Origin: Mayamaea pseudoterrestris
Taxonomy: Eukaryota
Direction of reading: 5' to 3'
DNA: 64,000 nt
Assembly (NCBI GenBank): GCA_027923505.1
Contig: BROI01000005.1
Span: forward strand, 1,054,001-1,118,000
Part shown: piece by piece, positions 12,973 through 24,109 of the stretch
How positions within the stretch are numbered: position 1 is the stretch's first letter
How the letters are laid out: each line of letters starts with the position of its first letter
The notes under the pieces: generated by a model
What the model was told of the DNA's origin: nothing
The model's database searches: none
What the model saw: the letters and a program-made list of their open reading frames with translations, nothing else
Made by a program: the position numbers and the translations under genes

Positions 12973-14406
12973 CTACAAGACTGCGCTCAACTCGACAGTC
13001 ACATTAGGAGCAGGAGCATCATTGGACTCAAAATCATAGTTTATCAAATGCTTCCACGTTTCAGCGGATGAAAACTCGCGTATGAAAGCATGGATCGCTT
13101 GCTTCTCCTCCAGCGTATAGTAGCTGCGATAGACCTTGCCGTCGTGAAACTTGACACCATTAGCCACTCGTGGCAGCTCCAGCCAGTTTAACAAATTGTC
13201 GCGAGTCGCTTCAAAATCCTTTGAGTAGTTATCATAGTGGAGAATCATCGTGGGCAGGTTCAAATCGTGCGAGACGGAGAAGGCAAGATTGTGCCACTGG
13301 ATATACCGGTAAAAGTCGTTGAAGCAGGGAATAGCCGCCATCACTTGACGCAGGCGCTTGTCAATGAGACGATGAGCCAGCAGACTGCGATTAGTATCTT
13401 CCAGGCGGCACCAGCGTTTAAATCCATTTTCATCTTTAGTAAATGCGTCGGTAAACGCAGTGTTGCCGCGCGCACGTTGGACATTGTATTCGAGGTGAAA
13501 GCGCGCCACTATATTATCCAGTGGATGCCGAAAAATGTGAATTGCCTTGCCCACAAGCTTGGCATCGTACGTAATCTCAACCTTCTCAAGCCCACGATTG
13601 GTTTCAATTGCTCGCGTTCCCGACAAGCAACCTATGGCAAAGGAGCGCACCGTTTGAATCGTCTTGTCAGCTCCGCACACTCGGCCAGAGCAAAAACCCT
13701 TGCAGTGAGTCTTGGTCAATATGTATCGCGGCGGAATGCTCATCTCGCGGTTCGAAATGAGCTCAAGCCAAGGACCTTGACTGCCAATTGATCCTTTGTA
13801 CACGGGAACACTAGGCTTATTCCGAATATCGCCTTCAAGTGCGTAGTTAGTAGCAGTTGTCGTATTGGAAGCCTCTCGCGTCATGTGAATTGTGAATGAT
13901 GTACCACTATTGGGAAAAGACATGAGTAGTGCAATCATTGGCCATCCATGCGAAGTGACAGTGCTATTGGCAAATGAATCGTTGTTCATGAATGTCTTTC
14001 CAGTTGCTGCAAGCTCCAGCGTGGTCTTAGTATAGGCGGCCAATGTTAAGTTTAAGAGACTGCTCGACGTGCCATGCGTATTCATAAGAAGCGATCGGGT
14101 CGACAAAGCATAATCAAAATCGTAAAGCGTGTCGGAAAAGAGTACCGAGGACAATGCCGTGGCGACTATGACAGCAACTGATGCACAGAGTGCTGCGAGA
14201 GCCAAAGCTTGCCCGACTGACAGACTCGCTCTTGCTGTAGCTCGTTCTCCCACTTTCATCGGCGAAGGAGGAAGAGAAGATATTCCTGGCCACTGCAAGA
14301 GACGCAAAGGCGATGAAAATGAAACTGGTGACCGCGGACAAGCCTTGATGGGCGACTGCAGCGATGAGCAAGATCGGAAGCGAGCGGGTGACAATGGATT
14401 GTTCAT
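12973..14406 (-). CDS. Membrane-anchored sulfotransferase-like protein
   Basis: TM segment, then LMSFPNSGTS (5'-PSB-like), LTKTH and HIFRHPLDNIVARF (3'-PB-like). Start codon uncertain. Confidence 0.7.
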   Translation of the reverse strand: MNNPLSPARFRSCSSLQSPIKACPRSPVSFSSPLRLLQWPGISSLPPSPMKVGERATARASLSVGQALALAALCASVAVIVATALSSVLFSDTLYDFDYALSTRSLLMNTHGTSSSLLNLTLAAYTKTTLELAATGKTFMNNDSFANSTVTSHGWPMIALLMSFPNSGTSFTIHMTREASNTTTATNYALEGDIRNKPSVPVYKGSIGSQGPWLELISNREMSIPPRYILTKTHCKGFCSGRVCGADKTIQTVRSFAIGCLSGTRAIETNRGLEKVEITYDAKLVGKAIHIFRHPLDNIVARFHLEYNVQRARGNTAFTDAFTKDENGFKRWCRLEDTNRSLLAHRLIDKRLRQVMAAIPCFNDFYRYIQWHNLAFSVSHDLNLPTMILHYDNYSKDFEATRDNLLNWLELPRVANGVKFHDGKVYRSYYTLEEKQAIHAFIREFSSAETWKHLINYDFESNDAPAPNVTVELSAVL

Positions 14407-15017
14407 GTCGGTTGTGTGAAAGGTTTTTGCTATCAACAAGACAGAGTAAAGAGTTTGTAGCAGCAAAGCGAAGGGACCGCGTGCTCTGGCATTGTCAGCG
14501 CTGGTTATAGTCCGTTTCAATCGGTCGAAAATGGCTGCGACCATCACTCATCCATCTATCACACGAGCTAAGTCGTGCCGTGCCATGATGATGGTATTCT
14601 CCATTGTCCACGCCGTGTATTTCCAATGATGGTTTTCGATCGTCAAACCTTCGCAGCGTGAGTTCAAAGGTGTACCGTAGGTTCCGAGGCATTCCATACC
14701 CATGTATATGCACGCTAAAACCAAAAGGCACAGCGAAAGCGGAAAAAGCGTAAGCTATTACATACATCGCTATATGTCATCTCGACGAGGGCCTTTCGTT
14801 GCGACGAATCTTGGAAAAAATGAAGCGATTTTGACAATGAGTACTGGTACGACTCAAAGCGGTACTGACAAAAGCCTGAAGGATGTGGACGGACAACGCC
14901 ATCATCATCAACCCGACTTTGTGTGATTTGCATAGATCGTCGTACATTCGCATCGAACATTCCGTCAGTCGGATCATCGTATTTGAAGTGTCGGCATCTT
15001 TATTACAGATCAATGCC

Positions 15018-16301
15018 ATGAGCAGTCCGAGTGGCAAAAGTCCCGGAAAGGGAGGGAAGAGTTTGGATCAATTGCGAAAGGCTCAGACAACGAGCGGCGA
15101 GGGTTCTTCCAATCAACCTACAGTTGATAGCCAGCCTAACTCGACTTCCGACAATGATTCATCCCAACTTCACCCTTCTCCTCTTGCGTCATCCCGTCCC
15201 AAGGGCAAGGACTTTGCGTCTCTCAGCGCGAGACAGCCACCACTACCACCACAAGCACAGCAGGAGTTGCCGGCGATTACTACTCCTGCACCTACCATTG
15301 TTCCGCACATGCAGCAAGGACCTACTGGAGGCAAACCTAAAGGAAAAGATTTTTCGCAAATGGCTTCTCGCATGGGACCACCTCCTGTGTTGCAGCAGCC
15401 ACCACAGCTGCAGTCTCTACAAGCCCAGCAGCAGCCGCAGCAGCAGCTCCATTATCAGCCACCGCCGATGCCTCCTCAACAGCAACACTACGAAAGATCC
15501 GCTTCAGATTCCAGTCAGTACGCTGCTCGCGCTGCACACATGCAAGCTGCTGCTCGTGCTGCTGCTGGAATGCCACCCTTGGATCGCCCATCACAAGTGC
15601 CGCAACAAGAAATGGCCCAACCGATTCAAGCGCCGCAGCAAAATTATACGCAACCGCAACAGCAACAACGTATGCACGTCCAGCAACAAGCTCCTTCGCA
15701 AGCTCGACCGAGCCCGCCTATGCCGCAGCAGCAGCAGCAGCACCAACGAAAGTCGAGCGTAGGGTCAATTTCTGCAACTGCACCTGCTCCCGATCCATTA
15801 GCAGTCCCTGTTAAGAAAACTCGCGACAATTCTAATCCAACAGCGGCTCCCACTGTCCAGGAGAACCGCGTGGCGGCGATGGGTGCGCACAAGGCTCCAC
15901 TTGTTGGCCCACGTATTCAGCAGCTTGTTGCCGAGATTGATCCCAACTACTCGTTGGATGCACAGGCCGAGGAACAATTATTGCGCATGGCAGACGACTT
16001 TCTGGACAAGGTGTGTGCATCAAGTTTAACGCTGGCGCAGCATCGGGGCAGCAAGGTTTTGGATGTCCAAGATGTTCAAATGGTTCTCCAGAAGCAGTGG
16101 AAAATTAGCATTCCTGGCCTGCCGCCATTGCCGTCTGCTGTACAAGTGGCAGCATCGGGAATAGCGGGAGCTACAGCACCAACGAGCGGTAATTCTGCTT
16201 CTCATAGTACTGCAGGGGGAGCGCGTCGAAAAACGACTGCAAGCGGATCGTCTTCAAAAACTAACAAGACGACGGCTGGTGATGTCAAGAGTCAGATTTA
16301 A
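15018..16301 (+). CDS. TAF12: TFIID subunit TAF12-like (Q/P-rich N-terminus plus histone fold)
   Basis: IQQLVAEIDP..LD..AEEQLLRMADDFLDKV..LAQHRGS..LDVQDVQ..QWKISIPG. Confidence 0.88.
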   Translation: MSSPSGKSPGKGGKSLDQLRKAQTTSGEGSSNQPTVDSQPNSTSDNDSSQLHPSPLASSRPKGKDFASLSARQPPLPPQAQQELPAITTPAPTIVPHMQQGPTGGKPKGKDFSQMASRMGPPPVLQQPPQLQSLQAQQQPQQQLHYQPPPMPPQQQHYERSASDSSQYAARAAHMQAAARAAAGMPPLDRPSQVPQQEMAQPIQAPQQNYTQPQQQQRMHVQQQAPSQARPSPPMPQQQQQHQRKSSVGSISATAPAPDPLAVPVKKTRDNSNPTAAPTVQENRVAAMGAHKAPLVGPRIQQLVAEIDPNYSLDAQAEEQLLRMADDFLDKVCASSLTLAQHRGSKVLDVQDVQMVLQKQWKISIPGLPPLPSAVQVAASGIAGATAPTSGNSASHSTAGGARRKTTASGSSSKTNKTTAGDVKSQI

Positions 16302-16505
16302 GATGACATAAATATCTAACAATGAGCCGCTTGGCAATAAACATGCTTATAATACTTTATTTACATAAAAAGTGTCGAAAAGACTGACAAAAGCGAACAG
16401 CGCGAATCAGCAACGACGTCATGTGCTACGGTAGATTTGCGAAAGGTGGGAAGAGGCATTGCATCCGAAAATGGACCGCCATGTATTCATTCGTTCGCCG
16501 CATCA

Positions 16506-17284
16506 CTAAACAAACTTGCCCTTCTTCCCTTTGTTGGCCTTGTTCACCAAGGATTTATGAATATGGGGAATCACTCCACCTCCAGCAATGGTGGCCTTGA
16601 TGAGGGCGTCAAGCTCCTCGTCTCCACGAATGGCCAATTGCAAATGGCGAGGCGTAATGCGCTTTACCTTGAGGTCCTTGCAAGCGTTGCCAGCCAGCTC
16701 CAAGACTTCAGCCGTCAAGTATTCGAGAATAGCCGACGTATAGACTGCCGCCGTCGCACCGACACGTTGCGCATGATGAACTGATTTCTTGAGGAACCGA
16801 TGAACTCGTCCAACTGGAAATTGAAGGCCAGCCTTGGATGAGCGAGACTGAGGGGTCTTTTTGCTCGTGGCCGCCTTGCCTCCCTTTCCGCCCTTACCTC
16901 CTTTACCACTTTTTCCAGACTTTCAAAAGTAAAGGAAGTAAAATGTGAGCAAGCTCGGGAAACAAATAATATAGGGTTGCAAATGATAGAATGAAACGAA
17001 TAGAATGCAGCGCGGTTGGACGCGCAAACCTATATGGATGATTACAACGAAAAGAATTGCTTCCATCAGGGCGTCAGGAGTGCAAGGATCGGCCAAAGCT
17101 CGACGAGTCGCGTCGTTCGCTAGTGCGGTGCAGCGAAATTGTGCATGTAGTATCTCAACAACCCATGGTTTAATCGCAGTAATTCCAGCGGTGTTCGATC
17201 AATCACTACAAGCGCGACGATTCCATACACTTGAAACAATTATTCATCCCCGGAGTACAAAAATGTCGCGTTGGTGCGTACCAT
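16506..17284 (-). CDS. H2A.Z: Histone H2A.Z; exons 17284-17282 (ATG only), 16919-16506
   Basis: [66 protein letters not shown]; upstream CACC-ATG|GTACGC donor and TTTTGAAAG acceptor define a predicted 362-nt intron (16920-17281). Confidence 0.93.
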
Positions 17285-17589
17285 GGTGACGAATCGTTCG
17301 TGCGTGTGAAGTGTGGCGGATCGCGTTTCGCTTCCGTTGCTGGGAAAAAGACCCGGATGTCGAGCTGGACGAGCCAATGACTCTTGGTGCGCGCCAGCCC
17401 AGCTTAGTCGTGCTACGACATTTGAAATGTGACGGAGGCTCGCCAGCTGCTTGCTCGACGAGATCTTTCTCGCTTTGCTTCCGACCATTCGAATCTTCCC
17501 AACATCGCGAACCGCATTTTATCGGTTGGCGTCTCTTCAGCCAACATTGTAGAGTATCGTTAAGTCTTCGAGCGGCAGAAGAGCCAACA

Positions 17590-20500
17590 ATGTCGAACGG
17601 GTCGTCATCTTATCAGCACTTTGACGGACCGACTGGCAGCACGTACCAAGACATTGACACTGGCGCTCCCCGTCGCAAATTCCTCTCCAAGCCAGTCTTG
17701 GCCATTGGTGCATTGGCAGCAGTCGGCTTGGCACTATACTACAGCATGTCGACTCATCACGGAGATGCGCAGCGATCCGTCGACAAGCAAATATCCACAA
17801 ATTCCAACGTCAAACTAAAATCGGATGGCAAGCTTCGCCTTTTTGATGAACTCGGTAAGTGCGTCAAGTATCAACGCACCACCACTTGATGTCGCAGCTG
17901 TCGAATGTATGCTTGCAGATGAATGTTCAGAGTGATTGCGTCTGTCACGGTCATGATTGATTGATCGATACCACAACAACTCTCACACTCACTTTCCTAT
18001 TTACATTCCATGCCAAGATCGCTACGTATTGGAAGATTACGACGCCAAATCAACCTTTAGCTCTTTTCTTCCTGGCGTTGCTGGTTACTTTGGAAAGCCA
18101 ACTTGGGCTTTCTACATCAATAGAGGTCAGTGCATGGCGACCTTCGGAACAGAGTCTAAGGACTACCCAATTCTCGAATTCAACTCTGCCAACAAGGCCT
18201 ACCAGTTGACGACCTTCACCGGCTTTAGAACCTTTATTCGCGGAACACGTGCACCAGGAACCAAGGGAGGCGCTAAGGGCATGCTTGGAACGTCTTTCAA
18301 TATTGAACCCTTTTCACCCCGTGGTGCCCGCAGCTTGTCCGACACAAAAGCCGATGCTGACAAACCTAAGCGTATTCTTTACGTTGGAACCAACGAACTA
18401 GAGCTCTCCGAGATTGATGGACATCATGGGATTAACACGAATATTCAGTACTTCATCATGCCGGAAGAGGACTTTGCTTCACTCGTGCGCCGCACCACCT
18501 TTACGAACACGGGCGACACGGATCTAACGTTGGATGTTTTGGATGGCTTGGCAAAGATTGAACCCTTTGGTGGAATGCTGGATGGCATGCTAAAAAACAT
18601 GGGACGAACTCTGGAAGGATGGATGGGTGTTTACCATGCGGATGATGGATTGACCATGCCTTTTTACAAGCTATCGACGGAGCCGAGCGATTCCGCTTCG
18701 GTCAAGGTTGAAAAGGCTGGTCACTACTGCCTTGCCTTTATCGAAAGCTGCAAAGAGAAGGCTAAGCTTCTTCCAGTCGTCTACGATTCGACCAAAGTTT
18801 TTGGAAAAGACACCTCCTTGCAGTCGCCGGCTGCACTTGACGCCTCGAGTGTCGGAGAAATATTAAAAAAGCAGCAATACGGATGGGCCATGACTTCATC
18901 GGCGTTTCCTGCGTTGAATCAAATTACGTTAAAGCCAGGCGAGAATATAACAATCGCGTCCATTTACGGCAAGGCCGAAACAGTCGAACACTTGCCGGTG
19001 ATTGCTGATCTTGTCACCAAGCCTGGTTATATAGCCAAGAAAGCCACGCGTGCCCGTCAATTGATTAATGAGCTGACAGCCGGCGTCGAGACGAAGACTG
19101 TATATCCTTTATTCGACGGCACTGTCAAACAAAACTTTCTTGACAATAGCTTGCGAGGAGGAATTCCAACTATTCTCGGCAAGGTTGACGGCGTGGCAAA
19201 CTACGACGAAGACCCCGGCGTGAAGGTTTACCACGCCTTTTCCCGCATCCACGGCGACATGGAACGCGATTACAATGCTTTTAAGATTGATGCTACTTAC
19301 TTCTCGCAGGGTCCAGGAAATTACCGCGACGTTGCTCAGAATAGGCGCAACGACGTGACCTTTTTCCCGCGCATGGCGTCCTTTGACGTGCAGCAATTTC
19401 TGAGCTTCATTCAGTCTGATGGTTATGAGCCATTGACTGTCGAAGGCATCGTTTTTCGTTTTCCTTCTGATAAAGACGCAGAACTTATTGCAGAAAAGGT
19501 GACGAAGGACGCCAAGAGTGCTAAAATGCTTGGCGACATCTTCAAGGGTGGTCCGTTTCGTCCAGGCCAGATCTTTGACCTCACGGAGCAGTTACACATC
19601 AATCTGACCGAATCCATGACCAATGCGGAGATTATAAACACGATTCTTGCATCGGCTGAGGATCTTAACATGGCTCAATTTGGAACCGGCTATTGGGGTG
19701 ACCATTGGGACTATTACATGGTAGGGCGAGCAAAGAATTACTTATTTCGCGCGTCTCTGTATAAACTTACATTACCATTGTTTCGCAGGATCTCATTGAC
19801 GCATACCTAGCAATCTTTCCGGACGGAGAGGAGGCGCTCATGTACGACAAGCGCCTGCGTTACTTTTTTTCTACTGCTACCGTCAAGCCGCGAAGTCAAA
19901 AGTACGTTCTGGAGCTCACGTTCGACGGAAAGAGTCATCACGTGCTCCAGCTAGATGCAACTTACTTTGACGATGAGAAGGTAAAAGAACAAGAAGCATT
20001 TCGTGACCAAAACACTGGCTTGATTAGCATTGAAGCAAACTGGCAAAGAACCACCAAAGGTCGAGCGTACATGAGTGCTCCATTAACAAAGCTGTTTCTG
20101 CTGGGTGCCGTAAAGTATGCCACGCGTGACGCTTGGGGTATGGGTATAGAATACGAAGGCGGTCGCCCCGGCTGGCTCGATAGCATGAATGGTTTGCCTG
20201 GCATGGTGGGCAGCGGTATGCCTGAGACATACGAGCTGAAGCTACTTTTACAGTATGTGAAACGCGTGGTGGACAAATATAATAGGGATATTGTAATCCC
20301 TACTGAGCTATACACGATGATCAAGACGGTCAACAAAGCTCTTCGGTTTCTCGTGGAAAAAAGTGGGTTTGAAGAACCGGAAGATCCTACTTTAGCCGTA
20401 CCAGACACCTTGTTTGAGTACTGGGACCTTGTTGCTGCAGCTCGCGAAAGCTACAGAAATGATGTTCAGTATTATTTTTCTGGCAACGAAACGATTTTGT

Positions 20501-21528
20501 CTGCGAAGGAGGTGTCGCACATGGTAGGCGATTGGCTTGAGCAGATTGACCTTGGTATTGCGCGCGCATTTAAATTTGCCACGGAAGGGTACGGCGACGA
20601 CGGCACAAGTGGTATTCCAGCGTCTTTCTTCGCTTACGATGTGACTGACTGGGAACTTAACAATGAAAGAAACGCGAAGGGCCAACCTTGCGTGAACGCG
20701 AAGGCGATGAAGCTAAAAAAGTTTCCATTGTTTCTCGAGGGACCTGTGCGATACATGAAAACTATTCAAGACAACCCAAAACAGATGAAAGACATGTACG
20801 AGCGCATTCTAACATCTGGACTGCGCGACGAAAAGCTTAAGATGTACTACCTTTCCGCTAGTTTGCAGGGGCAGAGCTACGATATGGGAAGGCAGATGGC
20901 ATTTGCTCCTGGTTGGCTTGAAAATCAATCCATTTGGATGCACATGAGCTACAAGTACTACCTGCAATTACTGCGAGGTAAGCTTTACGACGAGCTGTTT
21001 TCCGAGATGAAAGGTGGTGGTATGCTGCCATTCATGGATGCCGACAGATATGGTCGTTCGTTAATGGAATGCTCCTCCTTTATTGCGTCTTCGGCCTTTC
21101 CGGATCCTTCCATTGTCGGCCAAGGTTTCCTCGCCCGGCTCTCGGGTTCGACGGCAGAATTTTTGGATATTTGGAAGCTTATGTTCATCGGACCTAAACC
21201 GTTCACCATGAACAAGTCTGGAGACGTGGAAATGCAGTTGACTCCCGCTCTGCCTTCCTGGCTCTTCGAGGACAATGACCCAGACAGCAGCGACCCTACA
21301 TTTGACGAGGACGGCAGTCACGTAGTCAGCTATAAGCTGTTTGCGAGCATCATAGTTACGTATCACAACCCCGGCGGCAAGACGCTTTACGGAACGCATC
21401 CGAAATTGTATAGGGTTACCTATACCAATGGTGACACTGATCGCATCGACGGCAAGACAATCCCGACAAAGACGGCCATTGCGATTCGTCAAATCTCGAC
21501 GGTGAAAAGCATCGATGCTTACTTTTAA
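17590..21528 (+). CDS. GH161-like beta-1,3-glucan phosphorylase with N-terminal TM; exons 17590-17854, 18018-19720, 19789-21528
   Basis: FSRIHGDMERDYNAF, GPGNYRDVAQNRR, YWGDHWDY, EGGRPGWLDSMNGLPG, GWLENQSIWMHMSYKY and RLSGSTAEF motifs; both GT-AG introns join the ORFs in frame. Confidence 0.82.
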
Positions 21529-21565
21529 GGCTTATTCGCATGTTTAATTATGACTACACCAGCGT

Positions 21566-22837
21566 TTAATCCCCCATAGCTTCTTCGTCTAACGACTCCA
21601 GCCGCTTTTCCACCTCCTCCATCTTCCCGGTAATCTCGTCCAACTGGCACGTCACCGAATCAACCTGTTGTTGCAATTGGTCACTATCTCCTTCCTCCAC
21701 ATCTACCAACTCCTCTTCAAGCGATTCAAGAATACTTGCAAGCATATGATTTGCTCGCTCGTAAAAGTGTAGCGCCTGAGCATCTTGCTGCAGCAAAGTA
21801 TATGCTTCACCAAGCAGGAAGCAAACTTCGACCACCTCGTCGTTTTCAGCCAAGAGACTTCCAAGCACGTTGACAGCAGCTTCTGCACACTCCTCTGTTT
21901 GCTTCTCCTGCTTCTGCACCCTCTTACGCAGTGCGTTGCTGCATTCTATCAGCAACTTGGCCGTCTGCACTCTAAACTCAAACTCTGGCAACCCGAGCGC
22001 TTCATCACTATCCGACAGTTCCCGCGCAAAATGTTTCGTGTCCTCTTGTGATCCATTTGCGTCAACGACAATCCCCGTTAGTCTCGACACTTGTTCACAA
22101 CCAAGTCTCATCTTCTCGTACATTCTTAGAGCATAGTTGACTGCATCCAGACTTCGATTTTGCGACAGGCGTTGACTAGTGGCTGTTTGGAGGGCATCGA
22201 CACTTGGTTCGCCGCTGGCGTCCAAAGTTTGTAGCGCCAAACTGACATACATTTCGCATTCCTCTTCAGCGTTCTCTTCGTAGCAAAGGTCTGTCAGAAA
22301 CAAATCTGCAGCAGCACAATAAGCAGAAGAGAGCTGTCGTTTGGATTCATGGAGCAATAATACTGGATCGTCGTCATCATCATCGTTGGAAGGCATTTTA
22401 ATGTCGGCATGTTCCTGTCGCAATTTGACAGCCGTAAGCAGCTTTTCAATACCATCTTTAAAGTGTTTAAGCGCCTCTTGTCCATCCAGAAGTTGTCCGA
22501 TGTAGAGATTCAGACCAGCGATTTGCTCCAAATGCGATGGATTCAATGCATCGGCTGACTTCATAGCGGCCATCAATGCTTCTTGATAATCCTCTCTTGC
22601 TCCGTCCTGATCAGCCATACTGAGCTTTGCATGAGCCGATTGCTCGAGAATAAAAGCCAGCTGGATTGAATTAGACTCAGCCGCGGCAATCGACGCTGCC
22701 TGTAGATAAATGTCAATCGCCGTTTCCGGTACCTGCGAGAGCATGGCAGTTTCGGCCGCCTTGATTAGTTCATTGATGGATCGTTCTCTCGACGCTTTCT
22801 TCAGCTTTCCCTTCAATTTCTTCTTCTTTGTCGGCAT
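21566..22837 (-). CDS. TPR-like Acl4 (assembly chaperone of Rpl4)-like protein
   Basis: Helical-repeat composition; LYIGQL, AYCAAADLFLTDLCYEENAEEECE, LPEFEFRVQTAKLLIE and ENDEVVEV motifs; acidic tail. Confidence 0.7.
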   Translation of the reverse strand: MPTKKKKLKGKLKKASRERSINELIKAAETAMLSQVPETAIDIYLQAASIAAAESNSIQLAFILEQSAHAKLSMADQDGAREDYQEALMAAMKSADALNPSHLEQIAGLNLYIGQLLDGQEALKHFKDGIEKLLTAVKLRQEHADIKMPSNDDDDDDPVLLLHESKRQLSSAYCAAADLFLTDLCYEENAEEECEMYVSLALQTLDASGEPSVDALQTATSQRLSQNRSLDAVNYALRMYEKMRLGCEQVSRLTGIVVDANGSQEDTKHFARELSDSDEALGLPEFEFRVQTAKLLIECSNALRKRVQKQEKQTEECAEAAVNVLGSLLAENDEVVEVCFLLGEAYTLLQQDAQALHFYERANHMLASILESLEEELVDVEEGDSDQLQQQVDSVTCQLDEITGKMEEVEKRLESLDEEAMGD

Positions 22838-23652
22838 AGTTTGCGTATCTAGCTTTGGCGTCAAAAAGGAAACCTTGCGAATGTCTCGCTATCCAAGTCA
22901 CTTTGGATGGACGCAGTAGAGTAAACGCGAAAATCCCGAAAACGTGAGTGCCGATACGATTTTTGCTACCTAAGAAACAACGACTACCGGTATGCAGCAC
23001 TACGGCAGAGCCCTCCATATTTGAAGCTATACTGGTATGACCGGGTAGAAAATATGTCAATCATTACTACTTATAAAGGTTCCTCATTGAATGTAGCCAT
23101 GGTCGCATAGCGTGGAGCATGTAGGGATGCCGCAAGCGCACTAATGCACGAGCATACGTCGACACAAAATAAATATCGTACCACAAATTGCGCCGTACTC
23201 TAAGGATGGGACATCACAGGTAAGCAAGGCGACGGGGTACGTCCGAGAGCGACTGATAACTATATCCCGATGATATCAATAATCGACCTGATGACTTTCA
23301 TGGCTTTGCCGGTAGAACCTTCAAAGCGGATATGACTGTGGTCTTGAGGCAGTGTCGCTATTTTACCGCAGAATCGATCTAATGCACGCTAGCATATGCT
23401 ACTACTGCACCTAATTGCATATTTGATGGTCATTGCGAGCCCACAGAGTGTGATGCGAGTTTGTGTAGCGCTGTTGCAGGAAAGTCATAAACGGCTTTTT
23501 ATTGCTGTCCCGGACCCTTTCGCAATACGCACGCTATGAATCTGTTAACGTACGCACACTCACTTTGGTAGTTCTATCATTCTTATCATCCTCTGGGGGA
23601 ATTCGTCGGTCATTGCGCGCTTAAAGCCGATCTGTCAGCTACTCGTAGTCCA

Positions 23653-23921
23653 TGTTGATACTCCACTTCTGGGTTCCTTATCCGGTATCCAAGGAAGCTG
23701 CACTGGCTCGGCTTCCACCTAAGTGAAGCCTCCACCGTTGCCCAGCACATGTGTTTTAGTTATGCCTCAGCGACAGGCGGTTAGATCAGCGAGCCAACCG
23801 AGGTTCCCACCGGTCACAAGTAGCAATAGAACTCGGCAGGCAGTGCGACAATTGCCGCTCATAATAAATTCACGTCAATCGTTTTGATCATTCCTAGTGT
23901 CTCCCCATAGAGGCATCAACA
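23653..23921 (+). repeat. 5' LTR (269 bp)
   Basis: TGTTGAT...ATCAACA; 4 mismatches against the 3' LTR. Confidence 0.97.
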
Positions 23922-24109
23922 GACGTGAATTAAACGATAATATCCGGCAAGTAACATCATTGACTCTTTCATTTAACAATCTAAAGAGCACTCACGTTAC
24001 CACCTTCGTCTTTTGCGTCCAGCGACTGAACGAATCGAGCCACCGCAGCTCTTCCCTCCGAGTGTGATCCTCCGCTCTTCCATCGCCTCCGTCGTCCCCT
24101 CAAGACACC

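Noticed and set aside
15390..15745. CAG-rich repeats
   Set aside because: They encode the polyQ low-complexity region of TAF12.
15018..16919. Adjacent histone-fold genes TAF12 and H2A.Z as a cluster
   Set aside because: Convergent, unrelated families; no evidence beyond proximity.
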